64,000 bases of DNA from Candidatus Pelethousia sp. (GCA_034933245.1 JAYFNX010000011.1:948-64947), one strand, 5' to 3'; positions 1-9,246 are shown, numbered from the stretch's first letter. Notes: generated from the sequence alone by a model not told the origin. Translations and numbers: made by a program.

Positions 1-54
1 CAAGCCGCGCTTATAATATTGCTTCATAAATACCTCCAGGCGTTTCAACCTTCC

Positions 55-82
55 TTGTTATTCTAGCATGTTTCCATATAAT
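55..82 (+). promoter_or_regulatory. Candidate sigma-A promoter for thrC (-35 TTGTTA, 16-nt spacer, -10 TATAAT)
   Basis: TTGTTA at 55-60 and TATAAT at 77-82. A TGTACAAT extended -10 alternative lies at 82-89. Either leaves a leader of about 150 nt before the ATG at 244. Confidence 0.4.
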
Positions 83-243
83 GTACAATGTAAAACAATA
101 TGGCGCAGGGGTAATCATTTCTTACAGTTTCCCTGAAATTTTTCCGCAAGATATCTGTACAAATTCATGCGGATATAGTATGATGGTACCATCAGAAACA
201 AAAAGTTTTTGTCCACTGCTAATTATTTGTAAGAGGTTTTAAC

Positions 244-1476
244 ATGCAACATATTCTTGGTTATAAGTGTACCCTTTGCGGTGCGGAATTTCCGTATACG
301 GAACGTATGACATGCCCTCGCTGTGGCGAAAAGGGCATTCTGGATATCATCTTTGACTATACATACATTAAAAAGCACTTGCTTTCCAGAGAAAGCCTGG
401 CGGAATGCCGCGACAACAGCATGTGGCGCTATAAAGCGCTGATGCCGCTAAAAGATCGCGACTTTTCGCCGTTTTTGCGCGTGGGCTGGACGCCGCTGTA
501 TCCTTCCCGCAGCCTGGTGAAGGAACTGGGACTGAAGGCTTTATATATTAAAGATGACGGCTTGAACCCCACGGCTTCCCTTAAGGACAGAGCTAGCGGC
601 GTGGCCGTAGCCAAGGCCGTGGAGCTCGGCTATGACACCATCGCCTGCTCATCCACGGGCAATGCAGCATCCTCCTGCGCAGGCAACGCGGCCCGCATGG
701 GTGTGAAAACGGTGATCTTTGTTCCCAGCCGCGCACCGGAAGGCAAAGTAGCGCAACTGATGATTTTCGGCGCAAAGGTGGTTTCGGTGCAGGGAGACTA
801 TAAAGCCACGTTTGATTTGAGCAAGGCCGCAATTGATAAATACGGCTGGTATAACCGCAACGCGGGCATTAACCCTATCCTCACCGAGGGTAAAAAAACC
901 GTGGCGCTGGAAATCGCCGAGCAACTGGCATGGGAACCCACGGACTGGGTCGCGTGCTCCGTGGGCGATGGATGCACCATTGGCGGCGTATATAACGGCT
1001 TCCACGACCTGTATGAGATGGGCTTTATTGAGCGAATCCCCAAAATTTTGGGCGTGCAGTCCACCGGATGCTGTCCCTTTGTGGATGCGGCCCGGGAAGG
1101 ACGGGATTTGGTGCCGGCAGAGGAGAACACCCTGGCGGATTCCATTGCCGTAGGTGTGCCGCGCAACCCCAAGAAGGCCCTGCGGGCGGTATCTGCTTCG
1201 GACGGCGCTTGGATCGCCGTGAGCGATGCGCAGATTTTGGATACTATGCGGCTGTTAGGCCGTACGGAGGGCGTATTTGGAGAGCCCGCAGGCGTAACGG
1301 CTACAGCGGGTGTGCGCCAGGCCGTAGCGGAGGGGATCATCAAACCGGGCGAAACCGTTACCACCATCAGCACAGGCAGCGGGCTTAAGGATGTTAAGAA
1401 CGCGCTGCGCGCCGCAGGTAAGCCTACCGCTTGCGAGCCGTCCTTGGAAGCCCTGGAGAAAAGCGGGATTCTATAA
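244..1476 (+). CDS. thrC: Threonine synthase-family PLP enzyme with N-terminal Cys4 zinc ribbon
   Basis: 410-aa ORF. It has CTLCG...CPRCG at the N-terminus, the PLP-lysine motif SLKDRAS, and SSTGNAA and SVGDG motifs of fold-type II threonine synthases. AAGAGG lies 7 nt upstream of the ATG. Confidence 0.8.
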   Translation: MQHILGYKCTLCGAEFPYTERMTCPRCGEKGILDIIFDYTYIKKHLLSRESLAECRDNSMWRYKALMPLKDRDFSPFLRVGWTPLYPSRSLVKELGLKALYIKDDGLNPTASLKDRASGVAVAKAVELGYDTIACSSTGNAASSCAGNAARMGVKTVIFVPSRAPEGKVAQLMIFGAKVVSVQGDYKATFDLSKAAIDKYGWYNRNAGINPILTEGKKTVALEIAEQLAWEPTDWVACSVGDGCTIGGVYNGFHDLYEMGFIERIPKILGVQSTGCCPFVDAAREGRDLVPAEENTLADSIAVGVPRNPKKALRAVSASDGAWIAVSDAQILDTMRLLGRTEGVFGEPAGVTATAGVRQAVAEGIIKPGETVTTISTGSGLKDVKNALRAAGKPTACEPSLEALEKSGIL

Positions 1477-1654
1477 TATATTTGCTAAGTATATGCTATC
1501 TGCCAGCCTTGAAAAAGGCAGGACGTTGTGATACGATAGGCTTTGTTCCGCTGACGGGTATATTCGAGTCCCCTTCGGCCCTCGGCGGAAAATATGGTTG
1601 CTACGCCCGAAGGGTGTAAAAATACAGCAACAAAAATCTAAGGAGGATTACCAA

Positions 1655-2971
1655 ATGAAGAAGTATCTTGCAATCGCGTTGGCGCTTGTAATGGTTCTGA
1701 CCATGGTAGCCTGCTCCAGCACGCCCGCCGCAGAGCCTGCTGCTGAGCCTGCCGCTCCCGCCGAGGCCACAGAGCCCGCTGCCGAGGCCACCGAGCCCGC
1801 CGCCGAAGCTGCCCCCGCTGGTTCCGTTGCCCGCGAGGCCCGGGAGCCCATTGCCGTGGCTGATCTGAAGATTGGCGTTATCCTTGTGCATGACGAGAAT
1901 TCCGGCTACGATATGGCGCATATCGAAGGCGTCAAAGGCGCTATGGCCAACTTGGGCATCAAGGAAGACCAGGCGATCTTCAAGTACAACATCCCCGAGG
2001 ATGAGACCTGCTACGATACCGCCGTGGATCTTGCCGAGCAGGGCTGCCAGATCATTCTGTCCGACAGCTATGGTCACCAGTCCCACATGATGGCTGCCGC
2101 CGCCGAGTATCCCAATGTCATTTTTGTGGCTTGCACCGGCGATACCGCTGCCATGGAGCCCGTAGCAAACGTGGCGAATATCTTCCCCTATACCTTCCAG
2201 AGCCGCTATGTATCCGGCGTTGTGGCTGGTATGAAGCTTAAGGAGCTTATGGATGCCGGCACCGTGACCGATCCTTACATCGGCTACGTGGGCGCTTATC
2301 CCTATGCGGAAGTGGTTTCCGGCTATACCGCGTTCTTCCTCGGCATCCAAAGCATCGTGCCCGAGGCTCATATGGACGTGCAGTATACCAACTCTTGGTA
2401 TGATCCGGTTGCCGAAGGCGAAGCCGCCAATGCTCTGATGAGCAAGGGCTGCGTCATCATTGGCCAGCATGCTGACTCCACCGGCGCTCCCGCGGCTGTG
2501 CAGGCTGCCCAGGATAGCGGAAAAGTCGTTTATAGCGTTGGCTATAATATCGACATGCTTTCCGTGGCCCCCAAGGCTGCTTTGACCTCCGCGCAGAACA
2601 ACTGGGTTGCCCTCTACACCCCCACCCTCAACAACATGATTACCGGCGAAGCCATGCCTGCCGATCTCGCGCTGGGCTATGCTGACGATGCGGTCATGAT
2701 TTCCGCGCTGGGCGAGAGCTGCGCTGAAGGCACTGCCGAGAAGGTAGCCGAAGTAATCGCTGCCCTCAAGGATGGCTCCCTGGAAGTGTTCAACACCGCT
2801 AACTTCACCGTGGGCGGCCAGGCTGTTACGACCTATCTGGCTCTGGATACCGATGGCGACTGGGTTGGTGACACCGGCGAAGCGATTGCCGATGGCATCT
2901 TCCACGAGTCCACCCTCCGCAGCGCGCCTTACTTTGGCCTGCGCATCGATGGCATCACCGAGCTCAACTAA
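1655..2971 (+). CDS. BMP-family (PnrA/Med-like) ABC transporter substrate-binding lipoprotein
   Basis: ATG at 1655 is preceded by AGGAGG (1641-1646). The signal peptide ends in the lipobox MVAC, followed by an Ala/Glu/Pro-rich linker and a BMP-type binding domain. The cognate ATPase and two permeases follow. Confidence 0.85.
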   Translation: MKKYLAIALALVMVLTMVACSSTPAAEPAAEPAAPAEATEPAAEATEPAAEAAPAGSVAREAREPIAVADLKIGVILVHDENSGYDMAHIEGVKGAMANLGIKEDQAIFKYNIPEDETCYDTAVDLAEQGCQIILSDSYGHQSHMMAAAAEYPNVIFVACTGDTAAMEPVANVANIFPYTFQSRYVSGVVAGMKLKELMDAGTVTDPYIGYVGAYPYAEVVSGYTAFFLGIQSIVPEAHMDVQYTNSWYDPVAEGEAANALMSKGCVIIGQHADSTGAPAAVQAAQDSGKVVYSVGYNIDMLSVAPKAALTSAQNNWVALYTPTLNNMITGEAMPADLALGYADDAVMISALGESCAEGTAEKVAEVIAALKDGSLEVFNTANFTVGGQAVTTYLALDTDGDWVGDTGEAIADGIFHESTLRSAPYFGLRIDGITELN

Positions 2972-2985
2972 CATCTAGTCCGAGA

Positions 2986-3020
2986 GAGAGAAGCAGCCTG
3001 TCTGCTTCTCTCTTCCTATC
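2986..3020 (+). terminator. Hairpin after the SBP gene (partial terminator or mRNA stabiliser)
   Basis: gagagaagcag / cctgt / ctgcttctctc followed by ttcct. Confidence 0.5.
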
Positions 3021-3152
3021 ACAATCCACGGCCTTCCGGCCGGCTCCCCTTTCTCACGGCCGGGAGCTTGATATGTTCCTGTAATTCTATTCGGCATCAT
3101 ATTAAAACACAGCTGCGGCCTTCTGGCTGCATGCATAGAAAGGACAATTGTT

Positions 3153-4688
3153 TTGGAAACCCGAAAAGCAATCCAAATGTGTGGGATTACCAAAACCTTC
3201 GGCGAGGTAGTGGCCAACGACTGTGTCTGCCTGGATATTTATTCAGGCGAAATCTTGGCGCTCCTTGGTGAGAACGGCAGCGGTAAAACGACCCTCATGA
3301 ATATGCTGTCCGGTATCTATTTGCCGGAATGCGGCCAAATTTGGGTCAACGGCAACATGCGGACGATCTGCTCGCCCAAAGATGCGTTTGACCTTGGTAT
3401 CGGTATGATTCATCAACACTTTAAATTGGTGGATGTGCTCACCGCCGTTGAAAACATCGTGCTGGGACTCAATGAGAACAAGTTGATTGACCTCAAAAAT
3501 GTGCGTACCCAGGTAAAAGCAATATGTGACCGGTATGGCTTCATTGTGGAGCCTGATAAGAAGGTCTATGATATGTCCGTTTCGGAAAAGCAAACCTTGG
3601 AAATCGTTAAGGTTTTGTACCGGGGCGCCGACATTCTGATTTTGGACGAACCCACGGCCGTGCTTACGCCGCAGGAAACGGCAAAGCTCTTCGCCGTGAT
3701 GCGAAATATGAAGGCCGATGGCAAATCCATCGTGATTATCACCCATAAGCTCCACGAGGTTATGGAGATTTCAGACAGGGTAGCAGTTTTGCGCCGGGGC
3801 AAATACATCGGCGATATCGCTACAAAGGATACGGACCCGCAGCAGCTTACAGACATGATGGTAGGCCGGGCGGTCTCCCTAAACATCGACAGGCCGGAAC
3901 CCCAATCCCCCGCGGAGCGCCTGGTGGTGGAGAATCTTACCGTTCTGGATTCGGATGGGATCAAACGGTTGGACGAAGTTTCCTTTACCGCCTATAGCGG
4001 AGAAATTTTGGGCATAGCCGGTATTACCGGAAGCGGCCAGCGAGAACTGCTGGAGGCCATTGCCGGGCTGCAGCGTATCGAGCCGGGCAGCTCCATTCGT
4101 TTCATCCCGCCGGCAGGGCAGGAAGTGGATTTGGTGGGAAAATCCCCATTGGATATCTATAAGCTGGGCGTGGGCTTGGCCTTTGTGCCCGAGGACCGTT
4201 TCGGCATGGGCTTGGTAGGCTCCATGGATTTGGCGGATAATGTGATGCTTCGAAGCTATAAGAATGGAAAGTCCGCTTTTACAGATAGAAAAAGCCCCAG
4301 GGCTTTGGCTCAGAAGATCGTAGATGATCTGGAGGTGGTAACGCCTAGCCTCAACATTCCTTTGCGCCGTCTTTCCGGCGGAAACGTGCAAAAGGTATTG
4401 GTGGGCCGGGAGATCGCTGGGAAACCCTCCCTGCTGATGACGGCCTATGCGGTGCGCGGGCTGGACATTAACACGTCATACACCATCTACCATCTTTTGA
4501 ATGAGCAAAAGGAGCACGGGGCTTCGGTGATGTTTGTTGGCGAAGATCTGGACGTGCTGCTGGAGCTCTGCGACCGGATATTGGTGCTGTGCGCCGGAAA
4601 AGTGAGCGGCATTGTGGAGGGTCGTAAGGCCAAAAAGGAAGAGGTCGGCCTGCTGATGACACACCTTGGAGAGGAGGCAAAGGCATGA
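3153..4688 (+). CDS. ABC transporter ATP-binding protein with two ABC domains (BMP/nucleoside-sugar type)
   Basis: Walker A GENGSGKT and a second P-loop GITGSGQ, plus signature LSGGNVQK. TTG start at 3153 with AAAGGA 8 nt upstream. An alternative ATG lies at 3177. Confidence 0.88.
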   Translation: METRKAIQMCGITKTFGEVVANDCVCLDIYSGEILALLGENGSGKTTLMNMLSGIYLPECGQIWVNGNMRTICSPKDAFDLGIGMIHQHFKLVDVLTAVENIVLGLNENKLIDLKNVRTQVKAICDRYGFIVEPDKKVYDMSVSEKQTLEIVKVLYRGADILILDEPTAVLTPQETAKLFAVMRNMKADGKSIVIITHKLHEVMEISDRVAVLRRGKYIGDIATKDTDPQQLTDMMVGRAVSLNIDRPEPQSPAERLVVENLTVLDSDGIKRLDEVSFTAYSGEILGIAGITGSGQRELLEAIAGLQRIEPGSSIRFIPPAGQEVDLVGKSPLDIYKLGVGLAFVPEDRFGMGLVGSMDLADNVMLRSYKNGKSAFTDRKSPRALAQKIVDDLEVVTPSLNIPLRRLSGGNVQKVLVGREIAGKPSLLMTAYAVRGLDINTSYTIYHLLNEQKEHGASVMFVGEDLDVLLELCDRILVLCAGKVSGIVEGRKAKKEEVGLLMTHLGEEAKA

Positions 4689-5794
4689 AAATAGAACAGA
4701 AAGAGCCCTTTGTGCGCGTTTCCAAGCGGGGCGTCGTTCTGCCGCTATGGAAATCTTGGGGCATTCGGATTTTGTCATTGGTGGCCGCGCTGATGATCTG
4801 CGCCGTTATCATCTATGCGATTGTGAAGATGAACCCCCTGAAGGTTTACGGCGCCATGCTTGAGGGTGCCTTTGGCACCAACAAGCGCATGTGGGTGACC
4901 ATCCGCGATATGATGATGCTCCTGTGCATCTCCATTGGCCTTGCGCCTGCGTTCAAGATGCGCTTTTGGAATATTGGTGCGGAAGGACAGATCCTCATGG
5001 GCGGTATCGTTTCCGCAGCCTGCATGGTCTATTTAAGCAAAACCATGCCTACCCTTCCCATGATGCTTCTCATGCTCGGGCTCAGCATTCTGGCGGGGGG
5101 CATCTGGGGATTTATCCCCGGCCTGTTCAAAGCCAAATGGAACACAAATGAGACCCTGTTTACGCTCATGATGAACTACATTGCCATCCAAATCACCGCC
5201 TATTTTGTGGCGTTGTGGGAAAATCCCATTGGCTCCAACACCGTTGGCGTGATCAACGCGAAAACCAAGATCGGGTGGTTCCCGGAGATTTTTGGCCAGG
5301 CATATGCTTTAAACGTAATTCTTGTGCTCGCTTTGGCGGTGGGCATGTATGTATACCTGCGCTATAGCAAACATGGCTATGAGGTGGCCGTGGTGGGCGA
5401 GAGCGAAAATACGGCCCGCTATGCAGCCATCAACGTCCCCAAGGTCATTATGCGCACCATGTTCGTCTCCGGCGCGCTGTGCGGCATTGCCGGCTTCCTG
5501 GCCGTATCGGGCGCGAGCCATACCATATCCACCAGCACGGCGGGAGGCCGCGGATTTACGGCCATTATCGTAGCATGGCTGGCCAAGTTCAATTCCTTTG
5601 TGATGATCCTCATTTCCGCCCTGTTGGTATTTCTGGACAAGGGCGCCATTGAGATCGCCTCGCGATACAATTTGAACAACCACGTTTCCAATATGCTGAC
5701 GGGCATCATCCTGTTCTTCATTCTGGGAAGCGAGTTCTTCATCAACTATCAGGTAAAATTGAGAAGCGCCAAGCACAAGGAGGTACAGGCATGA
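4685..5794 (+). CDS. ABC transporter permease
   Basis: 369-aa polytopic membrane ORF. ATGA overlap with the ATPase stop indicates translational coupling. Confidence 0.85.
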   Translation: MKIEQKEPFVRVSKRGVVLPLWKSWGIRILSLVAALMICAVIIYAIVKMNPLKVYGAMLEGAFGTNKRMWVTIRDMMMLLCISIGLAPAFKMRFWNIGAEGQILMGGIVSAACMVYLSKTMPTLPMMLLMLGLSILAGGIWGFIPGLFKAKWNTNETLFTLMMNYIAIQITAYFVALWENPIGSNTVGVINAKTKIGWFPEIFGQAYALNVILVLALAVGMYVYLRYSKHGYEVAVVGESENTARYAAINVPKVIMRTMFVSGALCGIAGFLAVSGASHTISTSTAGGRGFTAIIVAWLAKFNSFVMILISALLVFLDKGAIEIASRYNLNNHVSNMLTGIILFFILGSEFFINYQVKLRSAKHKEVQA

Positions 5795-6774
5795 CCCAGC
5801 TTATATCCCTTTTTCAAGCCGGCATCATGTTCGGCACCGTGATTCTCTTCGGAGCTACAGGCGAGATCCTAGCCGAAAAATCCGGCAACCTCAACCTTGG
5901 TGTTCCCGGCATTATGTACTTGGGCGGCATCATGGGTTTGATGGGCGTATTCTTCTATGAAATGAACAACCCCGAACCCAATAAGATGATTTGCATCCTG
6001 ATTGCCCTCGCCTGTGCCTTTTTGGCCTCTGTTATGGGCGGGCTTATCTATAGCGTGCTTACCATCAGCCTGCGGGCCAACCAGAATGTGACGGGCTTAA
6101 CCCTTACCATTTTTGCCAGCGGGTTCTCGAATTTCTTCGGCGGCTCCCTAAACAAACTGGCAGGCGGTGTAGGCCAAATTTCGGTTTCGGTCGCAAGTGC
6201 CGCTTTCCGTGCTAGCCTCCCCTTTGCGCAGGATCTTCCTCCGGCCTTAAGCATGCTCTTTGGCTATGGCTTTATGGTTTACTTGGCGGTGGTAATGGCA
6301 TTCGTTCTCAATTGGTTTATCAACCGCACCAGCGTGGGATTGAACCTGCGGGCTGTGGGCGAAAACCCGGCTACGGCGGATGCGGCTGGCATTAATGTGA
6401 CCAAATATAAATATCTAGCCACCTGCATCGGGGCGGGTATTTCCGGCCTGGGCGGTCTCTATTACGTGATGGACTATACTAAGGGCACTTGGGATAGCGA
6501 TGGCGGCATTGAGCGGTTGGGCTGGCTGGCCGTAGCGCTGGTTATTTTTTCCAGCTGGAAGCCTAAACGCGGCATTTGGGGCGCATACCTGTTCGGCATG
6601 CTCTCTTGGCTCTATTTCTACCTGCCCGGCCTTACACGGCGGTCCATGGAGTTGTTTAAGATGCTGCCCTATCTGGTTACCGTCATAGTCCTGGTGGTGG
6701 TCTCCCTACGCCGCAGCCGGGAGAATCAACCGCCTGCCGGACTAGGCTTGCCGTACTTCCGCGAAGAAAGATAA
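5791..6774 (+). CDS. ABC transporter permease
   Basis: 327-aa polytopic membrane ORF with a 4-nt overlap with the preceding permease. Confidence 0.85.
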   Translation: MTQLISLFQAGIMFGTVILFGATGEILAEKSGNLNLGVPGIMYLGGIMGLMGVFFYEMNNPEPNKMICILIALACAFLASVMGGLIYSVLTISLRANQNVTGLTLTIFASGFSNFFGGSLNKLAGGVGQISVSVASAAFRASLPFAQDLPPALSMLFGYGFMVYLAVVMAFVLNWFINRTSVGLNLRAVGENPATADAAGINVTKYKYLATCIGAGISGLGGLYYVMDYTKGTWDSDGGIERLGWLAVALVIFSSWKPKRGIWGAYLFGMLSWLYFYLPGLTRRSMELFKMLPYLVTVIVLVVVSLRRSRENQPPAGLGLPYFREER

Positions 6775-6838
6775 CGGACCGGAGGTTGTGCGACTCCACA
6801 AATAACCATCTCTCTTTTCGCAACCATCTGTAAACATG

Positions 6839-6878
6839 AACCGGCCCGTATATGGTAGCATATGCGGGCCGGTTTTTT
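6839..6878 (+). terminator. Rho-independent terminator of the BMP ABC operon
   Basis: aaccggcccg ... cgggccggtt followed by tttttt. Confidence 0.8.
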
Positions 6879-6903
6879 ACAACTTTTGCGCCATATATCA
6901 GGC

Positions 6904-6938
6904 TATAAAAAGGGAGCGCCTTATCAAAGCGCTCCTTC
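6904..6938 (-). terminator. Rho-independent terminator of serC-serA
   Basis: On the minus strand, AAGGAGCGC-loop-GCGCTCCCT followed by TTTTTAT. Confidence 0.7.
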
Positions 6939-6961
6939 TTAATTGGTAAGAGACGGGGATG

Positions 6962-7870
6962 TTATTTGCCAAACCCTTGGATGATATCCACAATTTCCGC
7001 ACCAATGCGTTTCTGAGCCTCCACGGTGGCAGCGCCAATGTGGGGGGTGCAGGAAACGGCGGGATGGGAATAAAGCGCCTTATTGGTGGCGGGTTCGTCC
7101 GCATATACATCCAGGCCGGCGGCACGGATCTTACCGCTGTTCAGCGCATCCAGCACAGCCGCTTCGTCCACGTTGTTGCCGCGGCTGGTGTTGATGAATA
7201 CCACGCCATCCTTCATTTTTGCGATGTTGTCCGCGTTGATAAGGGGTTTGCCATCAATGGCCGGAGTATGGAGAGAGATAAAATCCGCCTTGGCGAGGAG
7301 CTCGTCCATCTCCACATAGTGCATGGTGTCGCACTCCAAACCGTCAAAATGGAAGATATCGTAGGCGAGAACTTGCATACCGAGACCCTGGGCCATCTTA
7401 CCCAACGCCTGACCAATGCGACCATAACCGATTACGCCCAGTGTTTTGCCGCCAATTTCAATGCCCTTGCCGTAAGCCTTCTTCTCCCATTTATCCTCCC
7501 GCATGGTATGGCCGGCAATAGAGATATACCGGGCGCAGGAGAACATGTGGGCCATAGCCAGTTCGGCTACAGACTCGCTGCTGGCCTTGGGGGTATTCTT
7601 TACGGTGATGCCGTTCTTTTCGGCATACTGCACGTCGATATTATCCACACCTACGCCACCGCGAATGATAAGCTTCAGCTTGCCACCCTTGGCTTCATCA
7701 ATGTGCTTGGCGCGCACCTTGGTGGCGGAACGCACCACGCATACGTCGAATTCACGAAGGGCAGCGCCCAGCGCATCGGGCTCGAAGAACTTTTCTACAA
7801 CATCATGACCATTGGCTTTAAGTTGGGCTAGGGCGCTTTTATCCATACCGTCGGTTACGAGAATACGCAT
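6962..7870 (-). CDS. serA: D-3-phosphoglycerate dehydrogenase (short form, D-2-hydroxyacid dehydrogenase family)
   Basis: 302 aa with NAD motif GVIGYGRIGQ and the catalytic R/E/H pattern of the family. It lies directly downstream of serC. Confidence 0.8.
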   Translation of the reverse strand: MRILVTDGMDKSALAQLKANGHDVVEKFFEPDALGAALREFDVCVVRSATKVRAKHIDEAKGGKLKLIIRGGVGVDNIDVQYAEKNGITVKNTPKASSESVAELAMAHMFSCARYISIAGHTMREDKWEKKAYGKGIEIGGKTLGVIGYGRIGQALGKMAQGLGMQVLAYDIFHFDGLECDTMHYVEMDELLAKADFISLHTPAIDGKPLINADNIAKMKDGVVFINTSRGNNVDEAAVLDALNSGKIRAAGLDVYADEPATNKALYSHPAVSCTPHIGAATVEAQKRIGAEIVDIIQGFGK

Positions 7871-7884
7871 TCGTTTGAACCTCC

Positions 7885-8973
7885 TTATTTATGCTCTGCT
7901 TCGAATTTTTTCAGGAATGCTACCAGGGCTTCTACGCCGTCCTTGGGCATGGCGTTGTAAACGGAGGCACGCAGGCCGCCGACGCTCTTATGGCCCTTCA
8001 GGTTGTCATAACCGGCAGCCTTGGTAGCGGCTACGACTTCGGCATCCAGTTCCTTGCTCTCGGTCACAAAGGGGATGTTCATCAAGGAACGGTATTCCTT
8101 ATCCACCGTGCCGCTGAACATCTTGGAGCTATCCAGAAAATCGTACATGACCTTTGCCTTTTCTTGGTTGCGCTTAGCCATGGCTTCAAGGCCGCCAATG
8201 CTCTTGAGGTATTTGAATACCTTGCCGCACACGTAGATGCACCAGCAATTGGGGGTGTTGTACATGGAGCCATTGTTGGCATGGGTGTCATACCGCATAT
8301 AGATGGGCATATGCCCGTCCAGATCGGTGCGGATCAGATCCTCGCGGATGATGGCGATAACCATGCCGGCGGGGCCAATATTCTTTTGTACGCCGCCGTA
8401 GATAAGGCCGTAATCGCTTACATTGCAGGGCTTAGAAAGGAACATGGAGGATTGGTCGGACACAAGAACTTTGCCCTTGGTGTTTGGCAGGTTGCGGTAG
8501 GTTGTGCCGTGGATGGTCTCATTCTCGCACATGTAGACATAGTCCGCATCCGGGCTGATAGGCAGATCGGAGAGATCGGGAATATAGCTGTAGTTCCGAT
8601 CCTCGCTGGTGGCAACCAGGTTGATCTTACCGAATTTCTTGGCTTCTGTGTAAGCTTTTTTGCTCCAAGCGCCTGTTACGATATAGTCCGCCACGCCGTT
8701 TTTCATCAGGTTCATGGGGATCATGGCAAATTGCAGGGTTGCGCCGCCCTGAATAAAAAGCACCTTGTAATTATTGGGAATGCCCATCAGCTCGCGCAGA
8801 TCCGCCTCAGCCTCATCGATGATGGTTTGGAAAACCTTGGAGCGGTGGCTCATTTCCATAACACTCATACCGGAGCCATGATAATTAAGCACTTCGGCGG
8901 CGATTTCTTCGAGGACCGGTTCAGGTAGCATGCTGGGGCCAGCGGAGAAGTTGTAGATACGATCATACTTCAT
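7885..8973 (-). CDS. serC: Phosphoserine aminotransferase
   Basis: 362 aa with the N-terminal YNFSAGPSMLP motif and class-V aminotransferase core. AAGGAG RBS is upstream. Confidence 0.9.
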   Translation of the reverse strand: MKYDRIYNFSAGPSMLPEPVLEEIAAEVLNYHGSGMSVMEMSHRSKVFQTIIDEAEADLRELMGIPNNYKVLFIQGGATLQFAMIPMNLMKNGVADYIVTGAWSKKAYTEAKKFGKINLVATSEDRNYSYIPDLSDLPISPDADYVYMCENETIHGTTYRNLPNTKGKVLVSDQSSMFLSKPCNVSDYGLIYGGVQKNIGPAGMVIAIIREDLIRTDLDGHMPIYMRYDTHANNGSMYNTPNCWCIYVCGKVFKYLKSIGGLEAMAKRNQEKAKVMYDFLDSSKMFSGTVDKEYRSLMNIPFVTESKELDAEVVAATKAAGYDNLKGHKSVGGLRASVYNAMPKDGVEALVAFLKKFEAEHK

Positions 8974-9018
8974 AGTTCGTCACTCCTTATTTTTGTTATT
9001 AGAAGGCTGATATTTGCA

Positions 9019-9042
9019 ACACAAAGGCGGCCTTGGCCGCCG
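9019..9042 (-). terminator. Terminator-like hairpin inside the serC 5' leader (possible attenuator)
   Basis: On the minus strand, GGCGGCCAAGGCCGCC followed by TTTGTGTT. It lies about 45 nt upstream of the serC ATG and downstream of the predicted promoter. Confidence 0.4.
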
Positions 9043-9124
9043 AGAAGGGGGGAATGGGTAACTTTCTATGGAAACTCTATATCGACTCCTTTGTTATCGA
9101 ATAAAAGGCAGGCTTCACGCCTTG

Positions 9125-9153
9125 ATTATATAACAGCCGCCATCGCAAAGCAA
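9125..9153 (-). promoter_or_regulatory. Sigma-A promoter for serC-serA (-35 TTGCTT, 17 nt, -10 TATAAT)
   Basis: Read on the minus strand: TTGCTT tgcgatggcggctgtta TATAAT. Confidence 0.55.
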
Positions 9154-9215
9154 CCGGAAAAAAACAAAACTTTATTAGCAAATCAAAAAATTTTTCAGGC
9201 TGCATAGAAAAAGTG

Positions 9216-9245
9216 GATAAAGAAGAAAAGGGCTAAAATTAGCCC
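9216..9245 (-). terminator. Rho-independent terminator of the zinc-ribbon gene
   Basis: On the minus strand, GGGCTAATTTTAGCCC followed by TTTTCTTCTTT. Confidence 0.7.
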
Positions 9246-9246
9246 G

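Noticed and set aside
1-27. Possible 5' end of a minus-strand gene running off the left edge (ATG at 27, GGAGG 5 nt upstream, reading MKQYYKRGL...).
   Set aside because: Only 9 codons are visible, which is too little to support a call.
83-243. thrC leader considered as a T-box or other riboswitch. It contains GATGGTACCATC, reminiscent of the GGUACC in the T-box core, and three small hairpins.
   Set aside because: It lacks the full T-box sequence (GGGUGGUACCGCG), lacks Stem-I features, and has no convincing terminator/antiterminator pair. The only downstream hairpin is AU-only.
1601-2974. Very long antisense ORFs that mirror real genes almost end to end. Examples are 1601-2974 against the BMP SBP, 43482-44726 against the DUF3798 SBP, 7891-8928 against serC, 10006-11256 and 11351-12199 against nfnBA, 6959-7831 against serA, and 60250-61260 against the aminotransferase.
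   Set aside because: Their translations are low-complexity and rich in Gly, Ala, His and Arg, with no recognisable domains or SD sequences. Open antisense frames are expected when GC-rich, codon-biased genes avoid TTA, CTA and TCA codons. The sense strands have clear family motifs.
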